From: Proteobacteria bacterium SG_bin7
GTDB lineage: Bacteria > Bdellovibrionota > Bdellovibrionia > Bdellovibrionales > SG-bin7
Length of the DNA: 64,000 nt
Direction: 5' to 3'
NCBI GenBank assembly: GCA_002083485.1
Contig: LWDK01000045.1
Location: forward strand, 240 to 64,239
Shown: positions 27,686 to 36,715 of the stretch, piece by piece
Layout: each line of letters begins with the position of its first letter
Position numbering within the stretch: position 1 is the stretch's first letter
Made by a program: the position numbers and the translations under genes
Notes under the pieces: generated by a model
What the model was told of the DNA's origin: nothing
Databases searched by the model: none
Seen by the model: only the letters and a program-made list of their open reading frames with translations

Positions 27686-28923
27686 ACCACATGAATGTTG
27701 TCGTCGTCGGCCATGTGGATCACGGTAAAAGCACCGTTATTGGTCGATTGCTTGCTGATACAGATTCACTTCCCGAGGGAAAGCTTGAAGACCTCAGGGA
27801 GTTTTGCAAAAGCAAAGCTCGTTCCTTCGAATATGCTTTTTTAACAGATGCATTAAGAGAAGAGCGAGCTCAGGGAATTACGATTGATACCTCACGACTA
27901 TTTTTTAAGACAACACAAAGAAACTACCAAATTATCGATGCACCAGGACACTTCGAGTTTTTAAAAAATATGATTAGTGGGGCCGCTCGTGCCGACGCTG
28001 CTTTTCTGACAATCGACGCAAAAGAAGGAATTACCGAGAACACCCTTCGTCATGCCTATATGCTGTCATTTCTGAGTATTCAGCAAATTGCAATACTCAT
28101 TAACAAAATGGATTTGGTCGATAACCGCGAAGATGTTTTTTTATCACTCGCAAGTGAAATTAAAAAATATCTGGCATCTCACTCAGTCTATCCAAAATAC
28201 TTTATTCCCATCTCCGCCTATTTGGGAGAAAACATCGCACGAGCGTCTAAACAAATCACTTGGTACGTAGGTCCAACGGTATTAGAGGCGCTCGATAGTT
28301 TTAAATTAGGTCTGTCAGTAGACAGCAAACCGTTTCGCCTAGCCGTTCAAGATCTCTATGACGACGTGATTGTTGGACGAGTTTCCAGTGGAACTCTGAA
28401 AGTTGGCGATGAAGTCGTTGCCTTTCCCGGCAACAAGAGGGCCAATATCAAATCCATTTTAGGAACCAAAAATTTTGTTGCCATTTCTGGTCAATCGATT
28501 GGAATAACGTTAAATGGACAAATAAAGGTAAAGCGCGGCGACATCCTTTGTTCCGCTCGTGAAACTCTTCCGCTGACCCTCCAAGAACTCTATGGAAACT
28601 TAATTTGGTTGGGCCAGAAACCATTAAATATTGGACAGACCTGCACTATCAAACTCGGAACCCAAAGATGTTTAGCAAAGTTAGAAGAAATTTTTCGCTG
28701 CCTGCATTCGCGAAATTTACATCGCTCTGAGGCCCATAAAAAACAAATTCAGCAAAACGAAGTCGCAACTTGTCGCTTTTCTCTGTCTTCGCAAATCTCA
28801 TTTGATGTAGGGTCTGAGTTTATAGATTCTAATAGGTTTGTTCTTGTCGACAATCACTGTATCGCCGGCGGTGGACTTATTATCGACCACTCGACTATGC
28901 CAGAAATAACAACGACTAATTGA
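27682..28923 (+). CDS. cysN: Sulfate adenylyltransferase subunit 1 (GTPase), with no fused APS-kinase domain
   Basis: G1 [12 protein letters not shown]3 DAPGH, G4 NKMD. Confidence 0.9.
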   Translation: MNHMNVVVVGHVDHGKSTVIGRLLADTDSLPEGKLEDLREFCKSKARSFEYAFLTDALREERAQGITIDTSRLFFKTTQRNYQIIDAPGHFEFLKNMISGAARADAAFLTIDAKEGITENTLRHAYMLSFLSIQQIAILINKMDLVDNREDVFLSLASEIKKYLASHSVYPKYFIPISAYLGENIARASKQITWYVGPTVLEALDSFKLGLSVDSKPFRLAVQDLYDDVIVGRVSSGTLKVGDEVVAFPGNKRANIKSILGTKNFVAISGQSIGITLNGQIKVKRGDILCSARETLPLTLQELYGNLIWLGQKPLNIGQTCTIKLGTQRCLAKLEEIFRCLHSRNLHRSEAHKKQIQQNEVATCRFSLSSQISFDVGSEFIDSNRFVLVDNHCIAGGGLIIDHSTMPEITTTN

Positions 28924-29177
28924 GACCCTCGTGAAGTATCACCTCCCGCCACAGAGAGACCAAGACGGGCATAGAGTGAAGACAATGATCTGTTGAAGTG
29001 AGCTATATTTTCTTCGCTAAATGTTTTTGGGAAAGTCAGTGAGTGCACGATCACACTGATCTTATACTGGCTCACCATAACCTCTAATTTTTTAGATAAT
29101 TTTTCGATAAAACCAGCTCCTTCACAAGCTACTGCAATTGTTTCTATTGACATACGCGTATTGCTCCTTGCAGACAA
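28924..29177 (-). pseudogene. Possible remnant of a PurM/ThiL-fold N-domain
   Basis: The 107-aa ORF (28854-29177) contains ...LTFPKTFSEENIAHFNRSLSSLYARLGLSVAGGDTSRG, resembling the ThiL/PurM N-domain ending in GGDT. It is squeezed between cysN and the lipid kinase and overlaps both. Confidence 0.25.
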
Positions 29178-30082
29178 GATAAGTGAAACTCTGTTCCTTC
29201 AACAACCTCACCATCGAATTCAAAGCAAATAGGTTTTTGGCATTTAACTATAATGGAATCTGTGGGGATACCTTTTCCCATTACATCTTGACCTAAAGAC
29301 ATTTTCACAAATGCCCTTAGAATATCAAGTTTGCTTTTTTTGGGCAAAACATAGTAGTGAAACATTCCATCAGACAGTTCAGGTTTTTCACACACATGAA
29401 AATCTCCCGCGAAATAAGGATGCTTGATGACGTTTAAATTCGTAATACAAGTCAACTCCCGAAAAACTCCATCAGTGCTAAAATATATTTCAGGTGCAGA
29501 AAAATTTTTTAGAGCTTTTAAAAAAGATAAAGCATCAGCCACTTTTATGCTTACTTTTTTGAAAAACCTAATCATCCTGTCATTACTAAAAATCTGATTC
29601 GCATGTGCAAGAACTCCAAATGAAGCATTGGCAATAAAGTAGCGTGTTTGAAGACTTCCCGACAAATCACGATATATCACACGCCCCAAATCATGACTTT
29701 CATTTTCACTGGAAAGTTTGACCGGACTGCCGCCAATAATCTGACAACCTGAAAAAGGTTTTAGGTAACTGTTGTTACTCCCTAAGCCGATATGACCAAA
29801 AGTAAATCCCGAAACATTTTCAAGTCCAACTCTGGCAATGACGTTGTTTATCAATTGGTTGAGTGTACCGTCCCCTCCCGCCGCAACAAGTTTGTCGCCA
29901 AATGCGATTGGAATTTCATTAAAATTCTCATGTTCATAGATCTCATAATGTCCCACTGACCAATTTTCTCTGAGTCTTTGCCAATATTTTATGGCACTAC
30001 CGGCCCTGGACTGGGAGTTAAGGATGATTTTCAACATACTGAAAAATACCCCTTGTAACTTCCGACATCGGACCAATAGCAT
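29144..30082 (-). CDS. DAGK/LCB5-fold lipid kinase (likely start at 30037, MLKIILNS)
   Basis: LVAAGGDGTLNQLIN and GHIGLGSNNSY match the diacylglycerol/sphingosine kinase catalytic domain. Confidence 0.8.
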   Translation of the reverse strand: MLLVRCRKLQGVFFSMLKIILNSQSRAGSAIKYWQRLRENWSVGHYEIYEHENFNEIPIAFGDKLVAAGGDGTLNQLINNVIARVGLENVSGFTFGHIGLGSNNSYLKPFSGCQIIGGSPVKLSSENESHDLGRVIYRDLSGSLQTRYFIANASFGVLAHANQIFSNDRMIRFFKKVSIKVADALSFLKALKNFSAPEIYFSTDGVFRELTCITNLNVIKHPYFAGDFHVCEKPELSDGMFHYYVLPKKSKLDILRAFVKMSLGQDVMGKGIPTDSIIVKCQKPICFEFDGEVVEGTEFHLSCLQGAIRVCQ

Positions 30083-30614
30083 TTACTGACGTAAGGTTGG
30101 AAACACCAACCAAAATACGTTGCAGATTCTTTCTAACTTTATCTTGGAAGTCTAACGTGTCCCCTAGCTCATAACCTGACCATATTTTTCGGCGAAGAGT
30201 CCCCTCGTCAACATTCATTTGCAAACTGAAAACCATATCTGGTTCTGGAAAGTAGTCTTTCGTTTCATCAATCCAAACCTTATCAGAAACTCCGTATGCG
30301 GCCTCCGTGGCCCAATATTTATAAATATAACCATTAAACAAAATAAAATCGTTTTTTTCGTCACGTCTATCCCATGCGGTCTTTAACGCCGAGATCAGAA
30401 AGTGAGAACGGGCGATGGGCTTCATTTGCAACAAGAGACCGTCGACAATTTTTTTTAGAGTTGTCGAATCAGTAATCTTTAGAAAATCCTCCATCGCCGA
30501 CCAAATTGAAAGAGTCTGTACAGAATAGGCACGAAGGGTAAGTTGCTGTCGCAAATTCTTAATCTGCGTATCTTTACCGCTGGCATCTGGTCCGGTGATG
30601 ACAATAAGTTTCAT
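30018..30614 (-). CDS. P-loop kinase (thymidylate-kinase-like fold)
   Basis: MKLIVITGPDASGKDTQ Walker A at the extreme N-terminus, in a size typical of NMP-kinase-like proteins. Confidence 0.6.
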   Translation of the reverse strand: MKLIVITGPDASGKDTQIKNLRQQLTLRAYSVQTLSIWSAMEDFLKITDSTTLKKIVDGLLLQMKPIARSHFLISALKTAWDRRDEKNDFILFNGYIYKYWATEAAYGVSDKVWIDETKDYFPEPDMVFSLQMNVDEGTLRRKIWSGYELGDTLDFQDKVRKNLQRILVGVSNLTSVNAIGPMSEVTRGIFQYVENHP

Positions 30615-31924
30615 GCGTTAAATTTTTTAAAAACCCTTTGTAGAATCTCTACAGCTGCATCGACGTCACCGGTAGAATGCGTCGCCATTACTGACATACG
30701 AAAGCGCTCATTTCCCACCGGAACCGCCGGCGGCTCAATTGGATTTACAAATAAATTTTGCTCATGAATTTCACGTGCGATCTCACGAAACTTTCCAATA
30801 ACCGGCGGGAATATCGGGACAATCGCACTTCCAGTATTGGTATGACGAATTCCCGCCAATTTAAGTCGTTCCCGCAAGTAAGATGCGTTTGCATGAACTT
30901 TTGCCACTCGCTCAGGTTGATTTCGAATAATATCCACACCCTTAAGTACTGCCGCACATACCATCGGCGGAAGAGACGCCGTAAAGAAATAGGAACGTGC
31001 AAAGAAGCGAATAAAGTTTATGGTCTTTGCATCGCCAGCCAGAAAACCACCAGTTACCGCAAAAGCCTTTGAAAAAGTCCCCATTGTCAGTTTCAGCTTA
31101 TCAACAATACCAAAGTGCTCAGCGGTACCTTTGCCACCGCCCAAAACACCTGTGCCGTGAGCATCATCAACGACAAGAAAACCACGATATTTTTCACAAA
31201 TATAAGAAATTTCTTTTAAGTTTGAAATCTCGCCACTCATCGAAAATACACCCTGTACGGAAACAAAAATGTCGCGACGAGAGTCACGGAAGCGAAATTT
31301 TTTAAATAAATCTTCAAGAGAATTTAAGTTTTGTTCTGAAAAGCGAAAAGCCTTTTTCCGGCCCAAGCGGATGCCATCGATCAATGAAGCATGAGAAGCC
31401 TCATCATATAAAAGAACAGCGTCGTCACTTAAAAGAGAATTTACCCATGCAAGATTAGCCTGATAACCCGTCGGCAGCACAACAGCGTCCTCTTTACCTT
31501 TAAATCGTGCAATCTCTTGTTCTAAAATTTTTTGCAAATCCCCAGATCCATTTAAGATCATAGGCCCAGCCATTCCTACACCATATTCCTGAATAGCCGC
31601 ACTTACAGCAGCTTTAATTTGCGGATCATTTGCAAATCCCAAGTAGTTGTTAGAACCAAACATCAACATTTCTTGATGACGATTCTTCAGATGATCAAAA
31701 ACAGATACGCGAGGACCCATGGCCGAAGACACTCGCCGATGATAAAGTAAGTATCCTTCCCTATGAAGTGGGCGAAAGACTTGTTCAAAAGTTTCAACAT
31801 TTTCTTCAATGTTAGGTCCCAAATAATCGCGCAAATTCATCAAGTGAACTTGATTGGGAAGCGCAACCGGGACGTCTGCGATATCAAAATTTTCACCAAT
31901 AAAGGATGCCTTTTCCAAATCCAT
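30611..31924 (-). CDS. Alpha-oxoamine synthase (serine palmitoyltransferase / KBL / AONS family)
   Basis: GSNNYLGF, VDDAHGTGVLG and MGTFSKAF (PLP Lys). Confidence 0.9.
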   Translation of the reverse strand: MDLEKASFIGENFDIADVPVALPNQVHLMNLRDYLGPNIEENVETFEQVFRPLHREGYLLYHRRVSSAMGPRVSVFDHLKNRHQEMLMFGSNNYLGFANDPQIKAAVSAAIQEYGVGMAGPMILNGSGDLQKILEQEIARFKGKEDAVVLPTGYQANLAWVNSLLSDDAVLLYDEASHASLIDGIRLGRKKAFRFSEQNLNSLEDLFKKFRFRDSRRDIFVSVQGVFSMSGEISNLKEISYICEKYRGFLVVDDAHGTGVLGGGKGTAEHFGIVDKLKLTMGTFSKAFAVTGGFLAGDAKTINFIRFFARSYFFTASLPPMVCAAVLKGVDIIRNQPERVAKVHANASYLRERLKLAGIRHTNTGSAIVPIFPPVIGKFREIAREIHEQNLFVNPIEPPAVPVGNERFRMSVMATHSTGDVDAAVEILQRVFKKFNA

Positions 31925-31939
31925 TTGTGGTCAATCCCC

Positions 31940-32965
31940 TCAATGTATTCTATTATTTGACGCAAACTTTAGCATAGCAAGCACGTAGTTTTTCGGATCA
32001 ACTCCCTCTTGTAACAAATTACGAATAGATGTTAGGTCAAGTGTCTGTAATTTTTCGGAAACCTCAAAACAAAGCGTGTTGTTTTCCGTTACTTTACCAA
32101 TTTTAATAAAATTTTTGCCACTTTCTTTTGCCGCTTGCGTAAACAAACGTTCGTTCTTCGAAGCTACGGTAAATAGAATTTCAAATTCACCATTTTGTGC
32201 GGCCATAAATAAAAAAGGATTTACTTGAGTAAGACGGGCCACTTCTATGGCAACAGGATGGTACAAATGCTCTGAATAGCTAACCTGGAAACCATTGCCA
32301 TTTAGCTGCTGCAAAAGATCTAAGCTAAAGAGAAGTCCATCGCTGGTATCGATGGCCGATGTCGCCCACTTCGCTATGAATTCCGCATCTTCAATGCGAG
32401 CTAGTGGTCGATAGTTGAGATCAAAGTTTTTTGCTTTTTCTCCCAGGGTAAGATTTGCAAAAGCAACGGCATTACCCCAACCAATCGGCCCCGTTATAAA
32501 AACTAAATCTCCCGGTTGCATCCCAATTCTCTGTACTTTTGGACTTTGAGCCGTTTCAGCAAAAGCGGTGCAAGAGGTAATCAGTTTTTTACTTTCAAAA
32601 AATGAAATGTCAAAAAATGGAATTAAGTATTTTTGCAGAGAAGCCTTTATTCCGGAAACGATTTTTAATTTTTCGAGTTCGGATTTATCGTCAGCCCACC
32701 CGATTGCGACGTGAACATTTTGCGTTTCAACCCCAATTGCTGCTAAATCCGAAACACTGGCAGTAACCGTCAACCAACCCAACGCCTCCAACGATTGAAT
32801 CAGTCCCATTTCAATTTCTTCAGACACAGTGTCAATCGTGACACAAGCATAACCACTCTGAGTCTTAATAATTTCTGCATCAGAGGCAAAGGGAAGATTG
32901 AGTTGACGACCAGTTCTTTGATAAGAATCTATCAAAGATTTAACAAAAGACATTTCCTGATTCAC
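31940..32965 (-). CDS. AIR-synthase-related (PurM/ThiL-fold) protein, paralog of 16105-17136
   Basis: SDAEIIKT..TIDTVSEEI, WLTVTASVSDLAAIG, QPGDLVFITGPIG, SAIDTSDGLLFSL. Confidence 0.8.
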   Translation of the reverse strand: MNQEMSFVKSLIDSYQRTGRQLNLPFASDAEIIKTQSGYACVTIDTVSEEIEMGLIQSLEALGWLTVTASVSDLAAIGVETQNVHVAIGWADDKSELEKLKIVSGIKASLQKYLIPFFDISFFESKKLITSCTAFAETAQSPKVQRIGMQPGDLVFITGPIGWGNAVAFANLTLGEKAKNFDLNYRPLARIEDAEFIAKWATSAIDTSDGLLFSLDLLQQLNGNGFQVSYSEHLYHPVAIEVARLTQVNPFLFMAAQNGEFEILFTVASKNERLFTQAAKESGKNFIKIGKVTENNTLCFEVSEKLQTLDLTSIRNLLQEGVDPKNYVLAMLKFASNNRIH

Positions 32966-35262
32966 AAAATTACCACGCTTCCGTCAATGCCGTTCACCGA
33001 AATTTCAGCGCCATCAGGAATAATATTTGTCGCGTCCTCGACATTTAAGACGCATGGGAGAGCATACTCCCGCGAAATCAACGCTGCATGAGAAAGTAAT
33101 CCACCTGTTTCGGTAACGACCGCCGAGGCTAGGCCAAAAAGCGGCGTCCACCCCGGATCGGTAAAAGGAACAACCATGATTTCACCTGGTTTCAACTTCT
33201 GACTTTCGGAAATATCTCTGATAACCCGGGCGCGGCCGCATCGCTCTCCCGCACTACAACCAATACCCGTTAGCACTTTCTTACCATCGACAGGCTTTGT
33301 CTTGGCAGGTCGCAAACTACTGTAGCGAGCCCCAATTTCATTTTGATTTTTGTAGTTCTCGAAACTCTTCGCATAGATTTTTATATCCTTAATAATATCT
33401 TTGGCTTTCTTCACATCAATCTTACCACTTAATAAATCAATAATGTCGTGATGACTTAAATAAAATACGTCAGTATAAAAATTAAACCGCGAACCTACTT
33501 CTAGGGCGAGCTTACGAATAAAATAATACATTCTTGTCGACCGATCTCGTAACTCCTCGCGTAACCAAAGAAAATTGCGCAAATTATTGAGCTTTCGTTC
33601 GATGCCACGGAAAGACCCAGGAATAAATCGGCGCGGTGACTTTTTGTGGGAAAATTTTAGTTTTTCAAATTCTTTCGAGAAATTGTCCTCCACCACAGGA
33701 GAAATCCTGTCGCCGGCCTTGACCAAAGCCTCTAATGTCTGCGTGATAAATTTCGAATCCTCACTCCATCTTGGCACTCGCAGATCAAGTTCACGCTCGC
33801 TGTGATAATAAAATTCTTCGAAAAAAAGATTCAGGCGCCGCTCCAATCCATCGGAATTTTGAGCGCGAATCTGGCCTGCAATCTGCTGCAGTTCCTTGAT
33901 TGGCTTAGTCGCACGCAAGTCACCTAAGCCTGAAATCAAATGAAGGTACTCTAGATTTGGGTCATATTTTTTATAGTACTTTAATTCATCAGCAAATTCG
34001 AGTTTGGCGTTCGACGCGTTGTAGATGGTTTGGAAATATTCTGACTCAACATATTTGTAATCAGTTAGAATAAGCTGGCTTGCCGCATTCAGTAACTCGT
34101 CGCTTCCCAGAGCTGACCAATCCAGTTTTTTATATATATTTTCTATTTTGTAAAAATTCTTTAATAGTTCGGTCGACCTTAGAGTTTGTTTCTTGTATTC
34201 ACGACGTAAGCGCCATAAAATCGGTATTGCTTTTAGAATTCCGAGAAATGAAATCGGCGTAACAACGCCATCCCCTTCATACGTTGCAGGAATTGACATA
34301 TCACGATCGAAATTCCCTTCATTATATCCTGGTAAGGTTTCTTGAGTTTCCTTTACTGCTTTTAAGTTCCAATAAGGACGACCGAAAAATACTTTGTACC
34401 AAGTCGTCGATTGCGCTTTCCATTTTTTAATAAGCCCAAGCTTTAAAAAATAATTTGGCAGGGAGGTAGCAAATATACTTTCGTAAAGCGACCAGATTAG
34501 AGGTGAAACAACTGCCGACGACACACCACCATCACGAAAATCAGCAGTTGTCCATTCGCCCAAGGATTTTGCAAATTGAACTCGCGTAATATCGCGCGAC
34601 TGCAGAATAAAAAGTTCGCCGTTTTTGAAAGCAAACTCTATATCTTGAGGTTTACCGTAGTGACTTTGTATAAGCCACACAGCCTCTCTAAGATTGATAA
34701 GCAGATTCTCAGGAAGACTCAAGTTTTCAGCGTCTTCAAAAGACTTTATCAACTGACCGCCAAAAGTATTTAAGCAATAACGAGTTGGGCGTATTTTTCC
34801 AGAAACAAGTTTTTCGCCACTCCCGCGACACATCTCAACTAGGATTTCACGATCGTCACCTGTGATCGGATTGACTCCAAACGCGACTCCCGCAAAATCA
34901 GGGGCAACGTACTCCTGCACAATGACAGCCATTTGAAGCTGATCAGAGACAACTTCATTTTTTAGACAATAACTTTTCACGCGGTCAGATCTGACCGCCT
35001 CGCGACACTGTTTTACGGCTTCTTCAACTCCCTTGGCCGTTACGTCGAGATAGGTTTCAAATAATCCTGCAAAAGACTGACTAACCCCATCTTCTTTTGA
35101 ACATGATGAACGAACTGCAAATTTTCCATGGCCAAATTCTTGTATTTGTTGACGGTAGTCATTAAACTCTTTGTCTGCAGGGATAACGAAAAAATCAGGC
35201 ACTCTTAGTCCCAAATTTTTCAATTCAATTAGTGTACGAGCCTTGTTACCGAAGTTCTGCAT
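32962..35262 (-). CDS. PEP-synthase/rifampicin-phosphotransferase-like enzyme: PPDK_N ATP-grasp, central domain and swivel phospho-His domain
   Basis: GNKARTLIELKNLGLRVPDFFVI, FAVRSSCSKEDGVSQSFAGLFETYL, AVIVQEYV, GSGEKLVSG. C-terminus: PFTDPGWTPLF..TETGGLLSHAALISREYALPCV. No PEP/pyruvate TIM-barrel domain. Confidence 0.85.
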   Translation of the reverse strand: MQNFGNKARTLIELKNLGLRVPDFFVIPADKEFNDYRQQIQEFGHGKFAVRSSCSKEDGVSQSFAGLFETYLDVTAKGVEEAVKQCREAVRSDRVKSYCLKNEVVSDQLQMAVIVQEYVAPDFAGVAFGVNPITGDDREILVEMCRGSGEKLVSGKIRPTRYCLNTFGGQLIKSFEDAENLSLPENLLINLREAVWLIQSHYGKPQDIEFAFKNGELFILQSRDITRVQFAKSLGEWTTADFRDGGVSSAVVSPLIWSLYESIFATSLPNYFLKLGLIKKWKAQSTTWYKVFFGRPYWNLKAVKETQETLPGYNEGNFDRDMSIPATYEGDGVVTPISFLGILKAIPILWRLRREYKKQTLRSTELLKNFYKIENIYKKLDWSALGSDELLNAASQLILTDYKYVESEYFQTIYNASNAKLEFADELKYYKKYDPNLEYLHLISGLGDLRATKPIKELQQIAGQIRAQNSDGLERRLNLFFEEFYYHSERELDLRVPRWSEDSKFITQTLEALVKAGDRISPVVEDNFSKEFEKLKFSHKKSPRRFIPGSFRGIERKLNNLRNFLWLREELRDRSTRMYYFIRKLALEVGSRFNFYTDVFYLSHHDIIDLLSGKIDVKKAKDIIKDIKIYAKSFENYKNQNEIGARYSSLRPAKTKPVDGKKVLTGIGCSAGERCGRARVIRDISESQKLKPGEIMVVPFTDPGWTPLFGLASAVVTETGGLLSHAALISREYALPCVLNVEDATNIIPDGAEISVNGIDGSVVIL

Positions 35263-36715
35263 AATTTTTTACTACCCCTTCATTGCCGTTAACTTCAATC
35301 TCATCGCCATCACGAATATGCATTAAAGCATCGTTCACATCACTTACCATTGGAATTCCAAATTCACGTGCTACTATAGCACCGTGACTTAAAGAGCCGC
35401 CAGTTTCACTGACAATTCCTCGACAAAAAGAGTAATACGCCGCATAGGTTGGAGTTGGACTTCTTATGACTAAAATGGAGTCCGCTTCCATGCGGCGAAT
35501 ATCGTTGATCGTCTCAACGATCAAGGCCCGACCTTTGGCAATCCCAGCGCTCGCGCCCTCACCGGTGAGATGGGCCTTTGTGGATTTATCTTCAACTGCA
35601 GAATATTTTCCATTAGCTTCTTCGCGAAGCTCGAATGGTGGGCTTATTGCACAAGCTGCACGATATTCGCTTCGCCGCTTCTTGATTGTTTGCAAAGAAA
35701 TATGTCCACTCTGAATTTCTTCAATCGTTAAAAAGTAAATATCATTTGATGCCAACCCGAATTTCTTTTCGAGATTCCTAAAAATTTTTTTTAGCTCGGG
35801 ATACTGAAGAGAGCTAAAAGCCCTAAGCTCCTCGTCAATTAAAAGCAATTCTTCAAAATACAAAATAAGCTGCACAAAATTTTTATTGGACCGGCAAGAC
35901 TTTAGGATTTTTTCAGTTTCTAAAATACGTTCTTGTTGGCGAAGTTTCAAATCTTGGTGAATACGTTCAAATCTACTAAAATCTCGTGGTAGCTTACTTA
36001 ATTCGCGAAGAGTAGGAGCATAGATGTCCCAATTATCCGTTAAGTGGCCATAGCGATTCATAAGTTCTTCGTAACTTAAACGCTCGTCAGCAAAATCGAG
36101 CGCCATTTGTGAGGAAAAGTTACGCGCATGGCCCGAACTTAATTTTTTTAAAACTTCAGACGGCGATTCTATTCCAAGGTCTTTCAGTCCTTGTTTTAAA
36201 AGACGCCCCACAAAATTTTTAAAAAAATAGACGGTAAAATCTTGGCTAAAAAACTGGGCACCATCCAATCGATGCTTTTCAAGATCGCCGTTGTAGTTCG
36301 CCGACATCTTAGCTATTAGACCAGACTTGGTAGCCTCCCAGCTCTTTATTAAATGAAAAAGACTCTTCTCAAACAAGATAGAAAAAAAACGCCGTTCGAA
36401 ACGATAGCGAAATGAAAATCGGTCTATACATATGAGTTCTCTAAACACACAAAAAAGTGCGACCAATACTAGCTTCACCAAAGCAACAAAGTGAAACTCC
36501 CAATTTTTTTTATTAGAAAAGAATCCTTTGGCAGTATAAATATACCCATCAATACGACGCACAACCCGATTTCTATTGATATTTTTTAAGCCAAACGCAT
36601 TCTCAACACCCTTTAAGGCGGCCTCTGTTGGTGTTGCCAAAATAGACCAACCCAGGGGACTTATAGCCTGCGGAAATCTTTCTTTACTCTCTTGTCGTGT
36701 CCATATTTTATTCAT
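35246..36715 (-). CDS. PEP-utilizing swivel-His domain protein lacking the ATP-grasp domain
   Basis: C-terminus: GASAGIAKGRALIV..SETGGSLSHGAIVAREFGIPMV. The N-terminus resembles the central domain of the upstream paralog. Confidence 0.75.
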   Translation of the reverse strand: MNKIWTRQESKERFPQAISPLGWSILATPTEAALKGVENAFGLKNINRNRVVRRIDGYIYTAKGFFSNKKNWEFHFVALVKLVLVALFCVFRELICIDRFSFRYRFERRFFSILFEKSLFHLIKSWEATKSGLIAKMSANYNGDLEKHRLDGAQFFSQDFTVYFFKNFVGRLLKQGLKDLGIESPSEVLKKLSSGHARNFSSQMALDFADERLSYEELMNRYGHLTDNWDIYAPTLRELSKLPRDFSRFERIHQDLKLRQQERILETEKILKSCRSNKNFVQLILYFEELLLIDEELRAFSSLQYPELKKIFRNLEKKFGLASNDIYFLTIEEIQSGHISLQTIKKRRSEYRAACAISPPFELREEANGKYSAVEDKSTKAHLTGEGASAGIAKGRALIVETINDIRRMEADSILVIRSPTPTYAAYYSFCRGIVSETGGSLSHGAIVAREFGIPMVSDVNDALMHIRDGDEIEVNGNEGVVKNYAELR

